In this document: piece by piece, positions 21,077-29,858 of the stretch
Position numbering within the stretch: position 1 is the stretch's first letter
Layout of the letters: every line of letters begins with the position of its first letter
NCBI GenBank assembly: GCA_963850305.1
Contig: CAWKKR010000004.1
Span: forward strand, 544,001 to 608,000
Length of the DNA stretch: 64,000 nt
Origin: an uncultured delta proteobacterium
GTDB taxonomy: Bacteria > Myxococcota_A > Polyangia > Polyangiales > Polyangiaceae
Reading direction: 5' to 3'
Program-made: the position numbers and the translations under genes
The notes under the pieces: model-generated
Database searches by the model: none
Told to the model about the DNA's origin: nothing
What the model saw: only the letters and a program-made list of their open reading frames with translations

Positions 21077-21120
21077 TCGCCGGTGCATGCGCGGAGCGAA
21101 GCGCCGCATGCACCGCGCGA
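21077..21120 (-). terminator. Strong hairpin downstream of hsp20
   Basis: CGGTGCATGCG (21081-91) pairs perfectly with CGCATGCACCG (21105-15). No clear U-tract. Confidence 0.5.
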
Positions 21121-21132
21121 TCCGATGGGAAA

Positions 21133-21603
21133 TCACGCTGTCCGGACCTTCACCTCGCGCGGTTTGGATTCCGGTTTCTTCGCCAGAACCAGCTTGAGGA
21201 CGCCGTCCTTGAGATCGGCTCGGACCGAATCCGCGTCGACGCCTTCGGGGAGCGCGAACGATCGGGTGAACGAGCCATAAGAGCGCTCGTACGAATAGTA
21301 CGTGTCGCTCTTGTCGGTCTTTTCCGCCTCGCGCTTGCCGCTCACGGTCAGACGGTTGTCGTTCATGTGGACTTCGAGATCCTTCGCATCGACACCCGGC
21401 ACATCGGCCTTGAATTCGAACGCGTCCTTCGTTTCCTTGATCTCGAACGCGGGCGCGAACGAGGCGACGCCTTCGAGCGACGCGCCCTGCCGGAAGGGAT
21501 CCCACTGCAAGAGCTCGCGGAAAGCCGTGAAAGGATCCCACGTCGCTCGCGCGGCGAGCTTCCGGTTGTCATTGGTGTGCTTGTCGACTGTGATATTTGC
21601 CAT
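21133..21603 (-). CDS. Hsp20/alpha-crystallin small heat-shock protein
   Basis: PAFEIKET..KADVPG, LTVSGKR, ERSYGSFTRSFALP, ADLKDGVL. Confidence 0.95.
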   Translation of the reverse strand: MANITVDKHTNDNRKLAARATWDPFTAFRELLQWDPFRQGASLEGVASFAPAFEIKETKDAFEFKADVPGVDAKDLEVHMNDNRLTVSGKREAEKTDKSDTYYSYERSYGSFTRSFALPEGVDADSVRADLKDGVLKLVLAKKPESKPREVKVRTA

Positions 21604-21688
21604 TCTTCATTCCTCCATTTGAATGAGATCACCCTCGCCGGAGCTACCCGCCCCTGGGGTTTCTCTGGACGGGGTCAACCCTCGCTGG

Positions 21689-21705
21689 AGCAACCCGCAT
21701 GCCAA
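21689..21705 (-). promoter_or_regulatory. sigma54 promoter for hsp20
   Basis: TTGGCATGCGGGTTGCT. Confidence 0.75.
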
Positions 21706-21755
21706 CGCGCGCGGGTCGGCGACGCTGCCGTGCGCGCGCCGCCGCACGTATTCGG

Positions 21756-21771
21756 TGGCACGCCTGTTGCT
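21756..21771 (+). promoter_or_regulatory. sigma54 promoter for the pcm fusion
   Basis: TGGCACGCCTGTTGCT, an exact consensus match. Confidence 0.8.
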
Positions 21772-21784
21772 GGCTCGAACTCCC

Positions 21785-23780
21785 ATGTCCGAGTTCGAGC
21801 GCTTGCGCTCACGCATGGTCGATTTGCAGCTTGCTCGCCGCGGCATCACCGACCCGCGGATTCTGGACGCCTTTCGCTCGGTCCCGCGGGAAGAGTTCGT
21901 GCCGGCGGAGCTCGGAGAATTCGCGTACGAAGATGCGCCGCTCCCGATCGGGGAGGAGCAGACCATCTCGCAGCCATACATCGTCGCATTGACGATAGAG
22001 GAGCTCGGTCTGCGCGGCGGCGAGCGCGTCCTCGAAGTGGGAACCGGGTCCGGGTACGCCGCGGCCGTGCTGGGTCGCGTGGCGAGGGAGGTCTACACGA
22101 TCGAACGCCGTCCGCTCCTCTCGGAGGCGGCAGCGGAACGGCTTTCACGTCTCGGCTTCGCCAACGTGCATGTCACGAGTGGGGACGGCTCTCTCGGCTG
22201 GCCCGAGCACGCACCCTACGACGCGATTGCGGTCGCCGCCGGAGGGCCGAAGCCGCCGCCCGCGCTCCTGTCGCAGCTGGCAATCGGCGGTCGTCTCGTG
22301 ATTCCGGTCGGTGAAGACATCTCCTCGCAAGTGCTCGTACGGATCACCCGCGAGGGGGAGAATCGGTATCGAGAAGAGCCTCTCACGGGTGTCCGGTTCG
22401 TGCCGCTCGTCGGTGAACAGGCATGGGCCGAGGAAGGCTCGAACGTCATCGCGTCCCCGCCCCGCCCTCGAGGCTCCTCGGGTCTCGCCGCACTCGTGCG
22501 TGAAACCGCGGAGCCAATCGACGACATCGAGACCGGTTCGGTCGATGCGATCCTCGATCGGATCGGGGACGCGCGGGTCGTCCTGCTCGGCGAGGCGACC
22601 CACGGCACGAGCGAGTTTTACCGGATGAGGGCGCGCCTCTCACGGGAGCTCATCCTGCGACGCGGGTTTCAGTTCGTCGCCGTCGAGGCCGACTGGCCCG
22701 ACGCCGCTCGCATCGACGACTACGTTCTCGGCGGCGAGCGTCGATTCGAAGCTAGAATTCACTCCGTTCGCTCGATTCCCCACCTGGATGTGGCGCAACC
22801 AAGAGGTGCATGCGTTCGTCGAATGGCTCCGCGCGTACAACGCCGAGCAGGGCCGGCACGCGGGCTTCCACGGGCTCGACCTCTACAGCCTCTTCACGTC
22901 GATCGCGGCGGTCCTCACTTACCTGAACGAGGTCGACCCCGACGCCGCGAAGGTCGCGCGTCACCGCTACGGCGCGCTGACGCCCTGGCAGAAGGATCCA
23001 GCCGCTTATGGTCGGGCGGTCCTCGCCGGGCGTTACGAGAGCTCCGAGCTGGAGGTCGTGGCGATGCTTCGCGATCTGCTCGAGCGCCGGATGGACTATG
23101 CCGCTCGCGACGGCGAACGGTTCTTCGATGCGGCGCAGAACGCGCGGCTCGTCGCGGATGCGGAGCGCTATTACCGGGCGATGTACTACGGTGCGGCGGC
23201 TTCCTGGAACCTGCGCGATGCACACATGTTCGAGACGTTGCAGTCGTTACTCGGGTTTTACGGTCCGGAATCCAAGGGGATCGTCTGGGAGCACAACTCG
23301 CACGTGGGCGACGCGACGGCCACCGAGATGAGCGCGCGCGGCGAGCACAACGTCGGGCAGCTCTGCAGGGTGGCATTCGGCGAACGGGTCCAAATCATCG
23401 GCTTCGGGACAGACCACGGCACCGTCGCGGCGGCTTCCGACTGGGACGAACCGATGGAGCGCATGCGCGTCTTGCCGGCCCGGAACGGAAGCTACGAGCG
23501 CATCTTCCACGAAAGCGCGGTGCCGGCATTCGCCCTTCCCTTGCGAAGACCGGCGCGCCGCGCGGTACGCGACGAGCTGATGCCGTCCCTCCTCGAACGC
23601 GCCATCGGCGTCGTATATCGACCGCAGACGGAGCTGCAGAGCCACTACTTTTCCGCGAGCCTCCCGCGCCAGTTCGACGAATACATCTGGTTCGACGAAA
23701 CGCGCGCGGTGAGTCCCCTCGGCGAGTTGCGCCGTCCGCCGAGCGGCGAGTTACCCGACACGTACCCGTTCGGCCTGTGA
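21785..23780 (+). CDS. pcm: Protein-L-isoaspartate O-methyltransferase fused to an erythromycin-esterase-family domain (frameshift near 22745-22760)
   Basis: QTISQPY, VLEVGTGSGY, APYDAI, then LLGEATHGTSEFY, AVEADWPD, FPTWMWRN, WEHNSHVGDA, ERAIGVVY, PDTYPFGL. Confidence 0.88.
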
Positions 23781-23782
23781 AG

Positions 23783-23856
23783 CGCGCCACGCAGGAGTCG
23801 AACCTGCGACCTACGGCTCCGGAGGCCGTCGCTCTATCCAGCTGAGCTAGTGGCGC
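23783..23856 (-). tRNA. tRNA-Arg (anticodon CCG), CCA not encoded
   Basis: Reverse complement GCGCCACTAGCTCAGCTGGATAGAGCGACGGCCTCCGGAGCCGTAGGTCGCAGGTTCGACTCCTGCGTGGCGCG: acceptor stem GCGCCAC/GTGGCGC, anticodon stem ACGGC/GCCGT with loop CT-CCG-GA, T-loop TTCGA. Confidence 0.96.
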
Positions 23857-23917
23857 TTGATGAGAGCGGGGTTTGTCGCACGGTCGGCGAGGTCGGGCAA
23901 GGGGCGCGGGACGAGCG

Positions 23918-24268
23918 TCATTCGTAACGGAATGCGAGGAGGAGTTCGACGAGCGCGGGGAGCGCGGCAACGCCCTTCGTCGCGTGGTTGAAGGCGAGCC
24001 CCGCTATCTGGTTCCCGGCAGGCGCCAGCCGAACCCAGGCCACCGTCGCCGGCACGACGAGGGGGTCCCAGAGGTTCGGCGCGGTCACCTCCAGCGTAAC
24101 GAGGTGGCCCGCGCCGAACGACGGTGCCGCGGGCACCTCGATGCAGGCCCCACCAAGGCCAAGGTTGACGAGGCGCGCAGGCCTCGGACCCTGGGCCTGC
24201 GTCGCGATGGTGACCGGAAGATTGATGACCCGACGGGCAAAGGCCCGAAAATGCCGCGGCGCCGCCAT
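23918..24268 (-). CDS. Stand-alone PilZ domain protein
   Basis: RHFRAFARR (RxxxR) and NLGLGGACI, ATVAWVR, AGLAF. Start could be as far up as 24304. Confidence 0.75.
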   Translation of the reverse strand: MAAPRHFRAFARRVINLPVTIATQAQGPRPARLVNLGLGGACIEVPAAPSFGAGHLVTLEVTAPNLWDPLVVPATVAWVRLAPAGNQIAGLAFNHATKGVAALPALVELLLAFRYE

Positions 24269-24459
24269 TTCCGGGAACGCTACCACCGGGGCCACCGGGG
24301 CCACCGGGAAAGGAGCGCCGGGAGCCGGAGGCGACGGTAAAGTCTCGAATAAGGATGGCCGCGCGCCAGTTTACTTGGGTATCCGGGGGCTCGTAGCTAC
24401 GATATGTTGTCGGTTTCCCTGGCGTGCTTTCACAGGCGCCCGTCGCTCAAGGGCCGAGA

Positions 24460-25950
24460 ATGATCCCAGAAACTCGAAAAGATCCTCGTGCCAAGGTGCT
24501 GTCAATGACGGTGCGCTACAAGAGCGCCAACGTCGATGAGTTCATCGAGCACCACTCGCACGACGTCAGCCGCGGCGGCATGTTCATCAAGACGCCGACC
24601 CCGTTCCCAGCCGGCACGTTGCTGAAGTTCGAGGTCCGCATCGCCGAGGAGCAAAAGGTGATGCAGGGCGTCGGCCGCGTCGTGTGGAAGCGGGAATCGA
24701 CGACCGGGTCGGAATCGCCTTCGGGGATGGGCGTGAAGTTCATCAAGCTCGACGACGACTCGAAGCACATCATCGATCGCCTCGTCGGGTCCCGAGGCGA
24801 GAAAGAGGGAACGTTCGATGCGGGCGAGCGCGCAGCCAGCACGGCGGCTCCGGCGCCGACCCCCGCGCCTGCACCCGCACCAACGCCCGCCGAGTCCAAG
24901 CCGATCCCGATGCGCAAGGGAACGATGATTGGACTCGGTGCCGTGAAGGTACCGGAGACACCCGCAGCGACTCCAGCGACGGCGGCGACCCCGTCCGGCG
25001 GTTTCTTTCCGAACAGCGCCCCGGCGGAGCAACCCGCACCGGAGGACCGGACCGTGATGCGGCAGGCGGCGGAGCTCCTTCGCGAGGCGCTCCGCGAGGC
25101 CGGCAGCTCGATGGAGGAAATCGGAGCGACCGGCGCTGCACCGATCGTGACGGCGCCTGCCGTGGAAACACCGCCCGGCGCCATCGCGAAGATTGCGTCG
25201 CCGTCGCCGCCCGACGTGGCGCCCGCGAAAGTGAAGTCCACGCCGCCCGCCGCGGCGGAGGCGCCGGCAGCGCTGAATGCTCCGGTCCAGCGGGCGGCGA
25301 GCGAGCGGCCGGTAGCCTCCAGCCCCCCGCCACGCTCCGAACCACCCGTGGAATCGATTCGAGTGCCCAAGAAGGGCATGGGACCGGTGCTGTGGGTGGT
25401 GCTCGGCGCTGCCGCGGTCGCCGGCGGGATCTTCTACTTCTCGCAGCCGAACAAGTCCGACGAAACCGCGCCGACGGCAGCGACGACGACGGTGACGCCC
25501 GCAACGGCGGTCACGCCGGCGGCACCGACGGTAACTGCGCCGCCCGCGGCCAGTGCTGCGGCCAGTGCCGAACCTGCCGCGAGCGCCGAGGCAACGGCCA
25601 GCGCGGCGCCGATCGCATCCGCGGCACCGCCGGAGTCCGCGGCTCAAAAGGCTGCAGACGCAAAGGCCGAGGTCGAGGCCAAGAAGGCCGAAATGGCCGC
25701 CGCCAAGGAAGCTGCAGCCGACGAAAGAAAGGCCGCAGCGGAGGCGAAGAAGGCCGCGGCAGAGCAGGCCGCACAGGACCGGAAAGCGGCTCAGGAAGCG
25801 GCTCGGGCCGCCGCGGCGGCTCGCGCGGCGGCTGTCATGAAAGCGCCCGCGCCGGAGAACGCGGCACCGCCGGCACCGCGGCCGGTCGCGCCGAAAGCTC
25901 CCGTCGCTCCAAAGCCTGCCCCGAAGCCAGCCGACGACAATCCATACTGA
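24460..25950 (+). CDS. TIGR02266-type PilZ-like membrane protein with Pro/Ala linker and Ala/Lys-rich periplasmic tail
   Basis: RKDPR..VRYKSANVDEFIE..DVSRGGMFIKT..GRVVW..GMGVKF; TM helix VLWVVLGAAAVAGGIFYF. Confidence 0.85.
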   Translation: MIPETRKDPRAKVLSMTVRYKSANVDEFIEHHSHDVSRGGMFIKTPTPFPAGTLLKFEVRIAEEQKVMQGVGRVVWKRESTTGSESPSGMGVKFIKLDDDSKHIIDRLVGSRGEKEGTFDAGERAASTAAPAPTPAPAPAPTPAESKPIPMRKGTMIGLGAVKVPETPAATPATAATPSGGFFPNSAPAEQPAPEDRTVMRQAAELLREALREAGSSMEEIGATGAAPIVTAPAVETPPGAIAKIASPSPPDVAPAKVKSTPPAAAEAPAALNAPVQRAASERPVASSPPPRSEPPVESIRVPKKGMGPVLWVVLGAAAVAGGIFYFSQPNKSDETAPTAATTTVTPATAVTPAAPTVTAPPAASAAASAEPAASAEATASAAPIASAAPPESAAQKAADAKAEVEAKKAEMAAAKEAAADERKAAAEAKKAAAEQAAQDRKAAQEAARAAAAARAAAVMKAPAPENAAPPAPRPVAPKAPVAPKPAPKPADDNPY

Positions 25951-25971
25951 CGCGCTAGGTAGAGGCGGCTG

Positions 25972-27651
25972 ATGCCCGATAGCCCCGACTCGATGGCACT
26001 GCGGGAGGGACGAGGGGATTCGCGCATCGGCATGCTTCTCTCGGAGCGATATCGAATCGACGCGCTCGTCGATCGCGGCGCGATGGGCTCCGTGTACGCG
26101 GCCGAACACGTGCTCATGCACAAGCGCGTCGCGATCAAGGTGTTGCACCGCGAGCTGACGATGGTGCCGGAGTTCGTGGCGCGGTTCGAGCGAGAGGCGC
26201 GAGCGGCAGCGAACATCGACAGCGATCACGTCGTCGCGGCGACGGATTTCGGGAAGCTACCGGACGGTGCCGTGTTCCTGGTGCTCGAGTTCATCGAGGG
26301 AAAGAATCTGCGCGACGAGATGACTGCCGGACTCATGCCGGTCGCGCGCGTGCTTCACATCGGGCGCCAGATTGCCGTCGCCCTCGGGGCGGCACACGCC
26401 CTTCGAATCGTGCACCGGGACCTCAAGCCGGAGAACGTGATGCTCGTCGAGAAGGGCGGCGATGCGGACTTCGTCAAGGTGCTCGACTTCGGGATCGCGA
26501 AGGTTCCGATCGGAGAGATTGACCTGAGTGACGGGCTCACCAGAAAGCCAATCACCAAGGCCGGCATGGTGTTCGGGACGCCGGAGTACATGCCCCCGGA
26601 GCAAGCGCTCGGACAGGACGTCGACAGGACAGCGGACCTGTACTCGCTCGGAGTGATGCTCTTCGAAATGCTCGCCGGATGCCGGCCGTTCGTCGCGCGA
26701 AGTCAGGTCGGCGTGCTGGGACAGCAGCTCTCAACGGACGCGCCGAAGATCGCGGAGCGTGCGCCCGGAGTCGTCGTACCGCCACGCGTCGAGCGGCTGA
26801 TCCAGAGGCTCTTGGCGCGCGAAGCCTCCGAGCGACCGCCGAAAGCCGAAGACGTCGCGGCCGAGATCGACGCGCTGCTCGGCATCGACCCGGGCCGTCT
26901 GCGCATTCCGACGTTGCAGCTGGGGACGGGAACGACGCGCCCGTCGAGCCTCGACGAGGACGGCTTCCCCACGCGCAAGATGTCGACTTCGATTCCGCCC
27001 GCGCCCCTGACGCGATTGAGCCACCTCGTCGACGCGAGGCGCCGGCTGCTCCCGGCAGCATTACGCGGTTGGCCTGCGCCCGTGCTCGTCAGCGTGCCAC
27101 TGGGCGTCGCGGGATTCTTGCTCGGATTTGCGATCACGAGGATGCTGTCCACGAGACACCCGACCGTCGTTCTGGCGCCAGTCACAATCTCGAGCGCAGC
27201 GGTATCGATGGGCTCGCCCGCGCGGGCGGTGGAGCCGGCCGCAGTGGTACCGCCGACCGCGACGAAGCCGACCGCGGCGGAGCTGGGGGAAGCGTCCTCG
27301 AAAGGCTCGACCGCCCTTACCGCCCTCGAGCTGAAGTATCCGAACGATGCGTCCGTCCGAGTCGCGCTCGTCGGCGCCCGGTTGAAGGAGAAGGATCCCG
27401 GCGCGGCGGTCCAGGCACTCGCCGAGGCGCTCGCGCTCGACCCCGATCTCGACGGCGATGCACGAGTTGCGAGCGCACTCTGGGTTCTCGTGCAGAACAG
27501 AAAAAGCTCGCCGCGCGCGTTCGAGCTCCTCGAAGGCCCGATGGGCGAGCGCGGCCAATCCATCCTAAACGACCTCGTGACGACCCGAGCCGTGCGGGCA
27601 GGCGTGCGCGCGCGAGCCAAGCGCGCCCTGGCATCGCTGAATAACCGCTGA
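25972..27651 (+). CDS. Membrane Ser/Thr protein kinase
   Basis: RGAMGSVY, VAIKVL, HRDLKPEN, DFG, GTPEYMPPE. One TM helix and a helical C-terminal domain. Confidence 0.93.
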   Translation: MPDSPDSMALREGRGDSRIGMLLSERYRIDALVDRGAMGSVYAAEHVLMHKRVAIKVLHRELTMVPEFVARFEREARAAANIDSDHVVAATDFGKLPDGAVFLVLEFIEGKNLRDEMTAGLMPVARVLHIGRQIAVALGAAHALRIVHRDLKPENVMLVEKGGDADFVKVLDFGIAKVPIGEIDLSDGLTRKPITKAGMVFGTPEYMPPEQALGQDVDRTADLYSLGVMLFEMLAGCRPFVARSQVGVLGQQLSTDAPKIAERAPGVVVPPRVERLIQRLLAREASERPPKAEDVAAEIDALLGIDPGRLRIPTLQLGTGTTRPSSLDEDGFPTRKMSTSIPPAPLTRLSHLVDARRRLLPAALRGWPAPVLVSVPLGVAGFLLGFAITRMLSTRHPTVVLAPVTISSAAVSMGSPARAVEPAAVVPPTATKPTAAELGEASSKGSTALTALELKYPNDASVRVALVGARLKEKDPGAAVQALAEALALDPDLDGDARVASALWVLVQNRKSSPRAFELLEGPMGERGQSILNDLVTTRAVRAGVRARAKRALASLNNR

Positions 27652-27686
27652 AAAAAAACGCGGGGCCGACCGATGTCGACCCCGCG
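27651..27686 (-). terminator. Rho-independent terminator of the dsbA-like gene
   Basis: Stem CGCGGGGTCGAC/GTCGGCCCCGCG on the minus strand, followed by T8. Confidence 0.85.
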
Positions 27687-27725
27687 CTCAAGAGACTCGC
27701 TCCCCGGGGGGAGCCGAGCTCCTTC

Positions 27726-29669
27726 TTACTTCGCTTCCTTCAGGGCAAGCTTGATCAGCTTGTCGAACTGCTGGAACGGCTGTGCGCCGCTCACGAAGTA
27801 GCCGTTGATCGTGAAGCCGGGCGTCCCGCGGATGCCGGCGGCATCCGCGATCTGCTTGTCCTTGTCGACTGCACCCTTGTTCGTGTGGTTATCGAGCGCC
27901 GCCTTGAACTTCGCCATGTCGAGTCCGACGTCCTGCGCAATCTGCTCGAGCGCCGGCCGCTTGATGTCCGGCTGCTTCTCGAACAGCTCGTCGTGGAACT
28001 TCCAGAATGCGTCGTTGCCCTTCTGGACGAACGCTTCGTACGCCGCCTCCGCAGCGAGCGGCGCGTCCTGGTGGAAGTCGAGGGGCGTGTTGCGCCACAC
28101 GATCTTCACCTTGCCCGCGTACTCCTGCATGATCTGAGCGACGGTCGGTTCGACGCGCTTGCAGAATGGACACTGGAAGTCCGAGAACTGCTGGATGACG
28201 ATCTTCGCGTTGGCCGGGCCCTTGAAGGGGTTGTCCTTGCCCGGCGCTGGAACGTCCTTCTTCTCGGGGGGAGGCGGGCCCTTCGCGTCCTTCATGATCT
28301 CGTCGTAGACCTTCGCGCGGGGAACGCCCTTCGCAACGAGTCCCTTCGCGTGCGCGATCTCCTCGTCGATGAGCTTCTTGAAGTTCTCGAAGGGTTGCGC
28401 GCCCGAAAGCCTGCGCCCGTTGATGAAGAAGTGCGGCGTGCCGCGCGCGTTCAAGTCCATGGCGAGATCGGCACTGGCCGAGAACAGGTCCTTGTACTTG
28501 TCCGTGTCGATCGCATTCTTCACCTGCGTCCAGTTGAGCCCGGCCGCCTCGGCGATCTTCTGGAGACCCGCGTCCTCGATGTCGCCGCTGGGATCGTACA
28601 TGGCGTCATGGACCTGCCAGAAAGCCTTGTCGCCCTTCGTCTCGTAGGCAAACCGCGCGAGCGTCGCCGCCGGCTTGGCTCGGTTGTGGAACGGAAGGGG
28701 GTTATCCTTCCATACGAACCGAACGTCCGCGGCGTACGTGTCGCGGATCTGCTTGAGCGTCGCTTCCGCGCGCTTGCAGAACGGGCACTGGAAGTCCGAC
28801 CACTCCACGATCGTGACGAGCGCGTCCGCAGGACCGCGCACGGGATCCTTCGGATCCACGGGCACCTTCCACACGGTCTTGTCGTCTTCCGCCGGAGCCT
28901 GCTGGGCCTTTTGCGCGGTCGGCGTCTCGGGCGCCTGGTAAAACTTCTTCGACAGTGCGACGTACAGATCGCTCGGCTTCGTGCCCTGCTTGAGCAGGGT
29001 CTGCGCCTCTTCGAGCTGCTGGTCGATCACTTTCTTGAAGTTCTCGAAGGGTTGCGCGCCGCTCACGGTGACGCCGTTGATGCGGAACGCTGGCGTGCCG
29101 TTCGCACCGACCTTCGCCGCCAGGGCGATGTCCTGATCGACCTTGGCCGTGAACTTCTTCGACGCAAGAGCCGCCTTGAACTTGTTCACGTCGACGCCCG
29201 ACGCGGCCGCCCACTTTTCGTAGTTCTCGTCCGTGAGGTTCTGTTGATTCGCGAAAGCGAGATCGTGGAACTTCCAGAACGCGTCGTTCCCACCGAGACC
29301 GAATACCGTCATCGCGGCATCGGCGGTCGGTCGCGCGTGGTTGTGGAACGGAAGGGGCTCGTTCTTCCACACGATGCGGACCTTGTCGGGCCCGTAGGTG
29401 TCGCGGATCTGCTTGATCGTCGGCTCGACGCGCGAGCAGAACGGGCATTGAAAGTCACTGATCTGGACGATCGTGACCGGCGCGGTTGCCTTTCCCCATT
29501 GCGGATCTTTGTCCGTCACGGGGACTGGAGAGTCGCTCTGATCGCCGCCAGCGGCGGTCGGCTCGGCGCCGATGTCGACGTTACCGTTTCGGTGGTCGAC
29601 TCCATACATGAATCCCATCCCCACTAAAAAGCAGAGAAAGAACCCAACTATTGCGGTTCCCTTGTTCAT
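27726..29669 (-). CDS. Membrane-anchored protein with three DsbA/thioredoxin domains
   Basis: Three SDFQCPFC motifs, each with a GTP cis-Pro loop and SGAQPF. N-terminal hydrophobic anchor; AGGGAG RBS. Confidence 0.92.
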   Translation of the reverse strand: MNKGTAIVGFFLCFLVGMGFMYGVDHRNGNVDIGAEPTAAGGDQSDSPVPVTDKDPQWGKATAPVTIVQISDFQCPFCSRVEPTIKQIRDTYGPDKVRIVWKNEPLPFHNHARPTADAAMTVFGLGGNDAFWKFHDLAFANQQNLTDENYEKWAAASGVDVNKFKAALASKKFTAKVDQDIALAAKVGANGTPAFRINGVTVSGAQPFENFKKVIDQQLEEAQTLLKQGTKPSDLYVALSKKFYQAPETPTAQKAQQAPAEDDKTVWKVPVDPKDPVRGPADALVTIVEWSDFQCPFCKRAEATLKQIRDTYAADVRFVWKDNPLPFHNRAKPAATLARFAYETKGDKAFWQVHDAMYDPSGDIEDAGLQKIAEAAGLNWTQVKNAIDTDKYKDLFSASADLAMDLNARGTPHFFINGRRLSGAQPFENFKKLIDEEIAHAKGLVAKGVPRAKVYDEIMKDAKGPPPPEKKDVPAPGKDNPFKGPANAKIVIQQFSDFQCPFCKRVEPTVAQIMQEYAGKVKIVWRNTPLDFHQDAPLAAEAAYEAFVQKGNDAFWKFHDELFEKQPDIKRPALEQIAQDVGLDMAKFKAALDNHTNKGAVDKDKQIADAAGIRGTPGFTINGYFVSGAQPFQQFDKLIKLALKEAK

Positions 29670-29858
29670 CTTGTTCTCCCTGAATGGTCCCTCTTGGACC
29701 CGAATGTATCTCGCAGAAATTCCGTGACTTCGGCAGCGCGCCCCGGGGCGCGCGCCTGACGAAACTCGCGCGGAGTTCCGTCGATTTCGATGGCTGAAGA
29801 CCTGGACGGGCGCCAAGCGGTTGCGCGACGCCGTTCCCTTCCACTCCGCCGCGAACGC

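Noticed and set aside
24283..24308. CCACCGGGG tandem repeat
   Set aside because: Only about three short GC-rich units at the uncertain 5' end of the PilZ gene, with no spacers and no further support.
24840..25940. Low-complexity repeats in the TIGR02266 gene
   Set aside because: They reflect Pro/Ala/Lys-rich protein linkers, not a DNA repeat element.
27726..29560. Recurring nucleotide repeats suggesting an array or mobile element
   Set aside because: They are the three paralogous DsbA domains within one gene.
29756..29790. CTGACGA followed by a stem, resembling a hammerhead ribozyme core
   Set aside because: The required GAAA after stem II and the flanking stems are missing.
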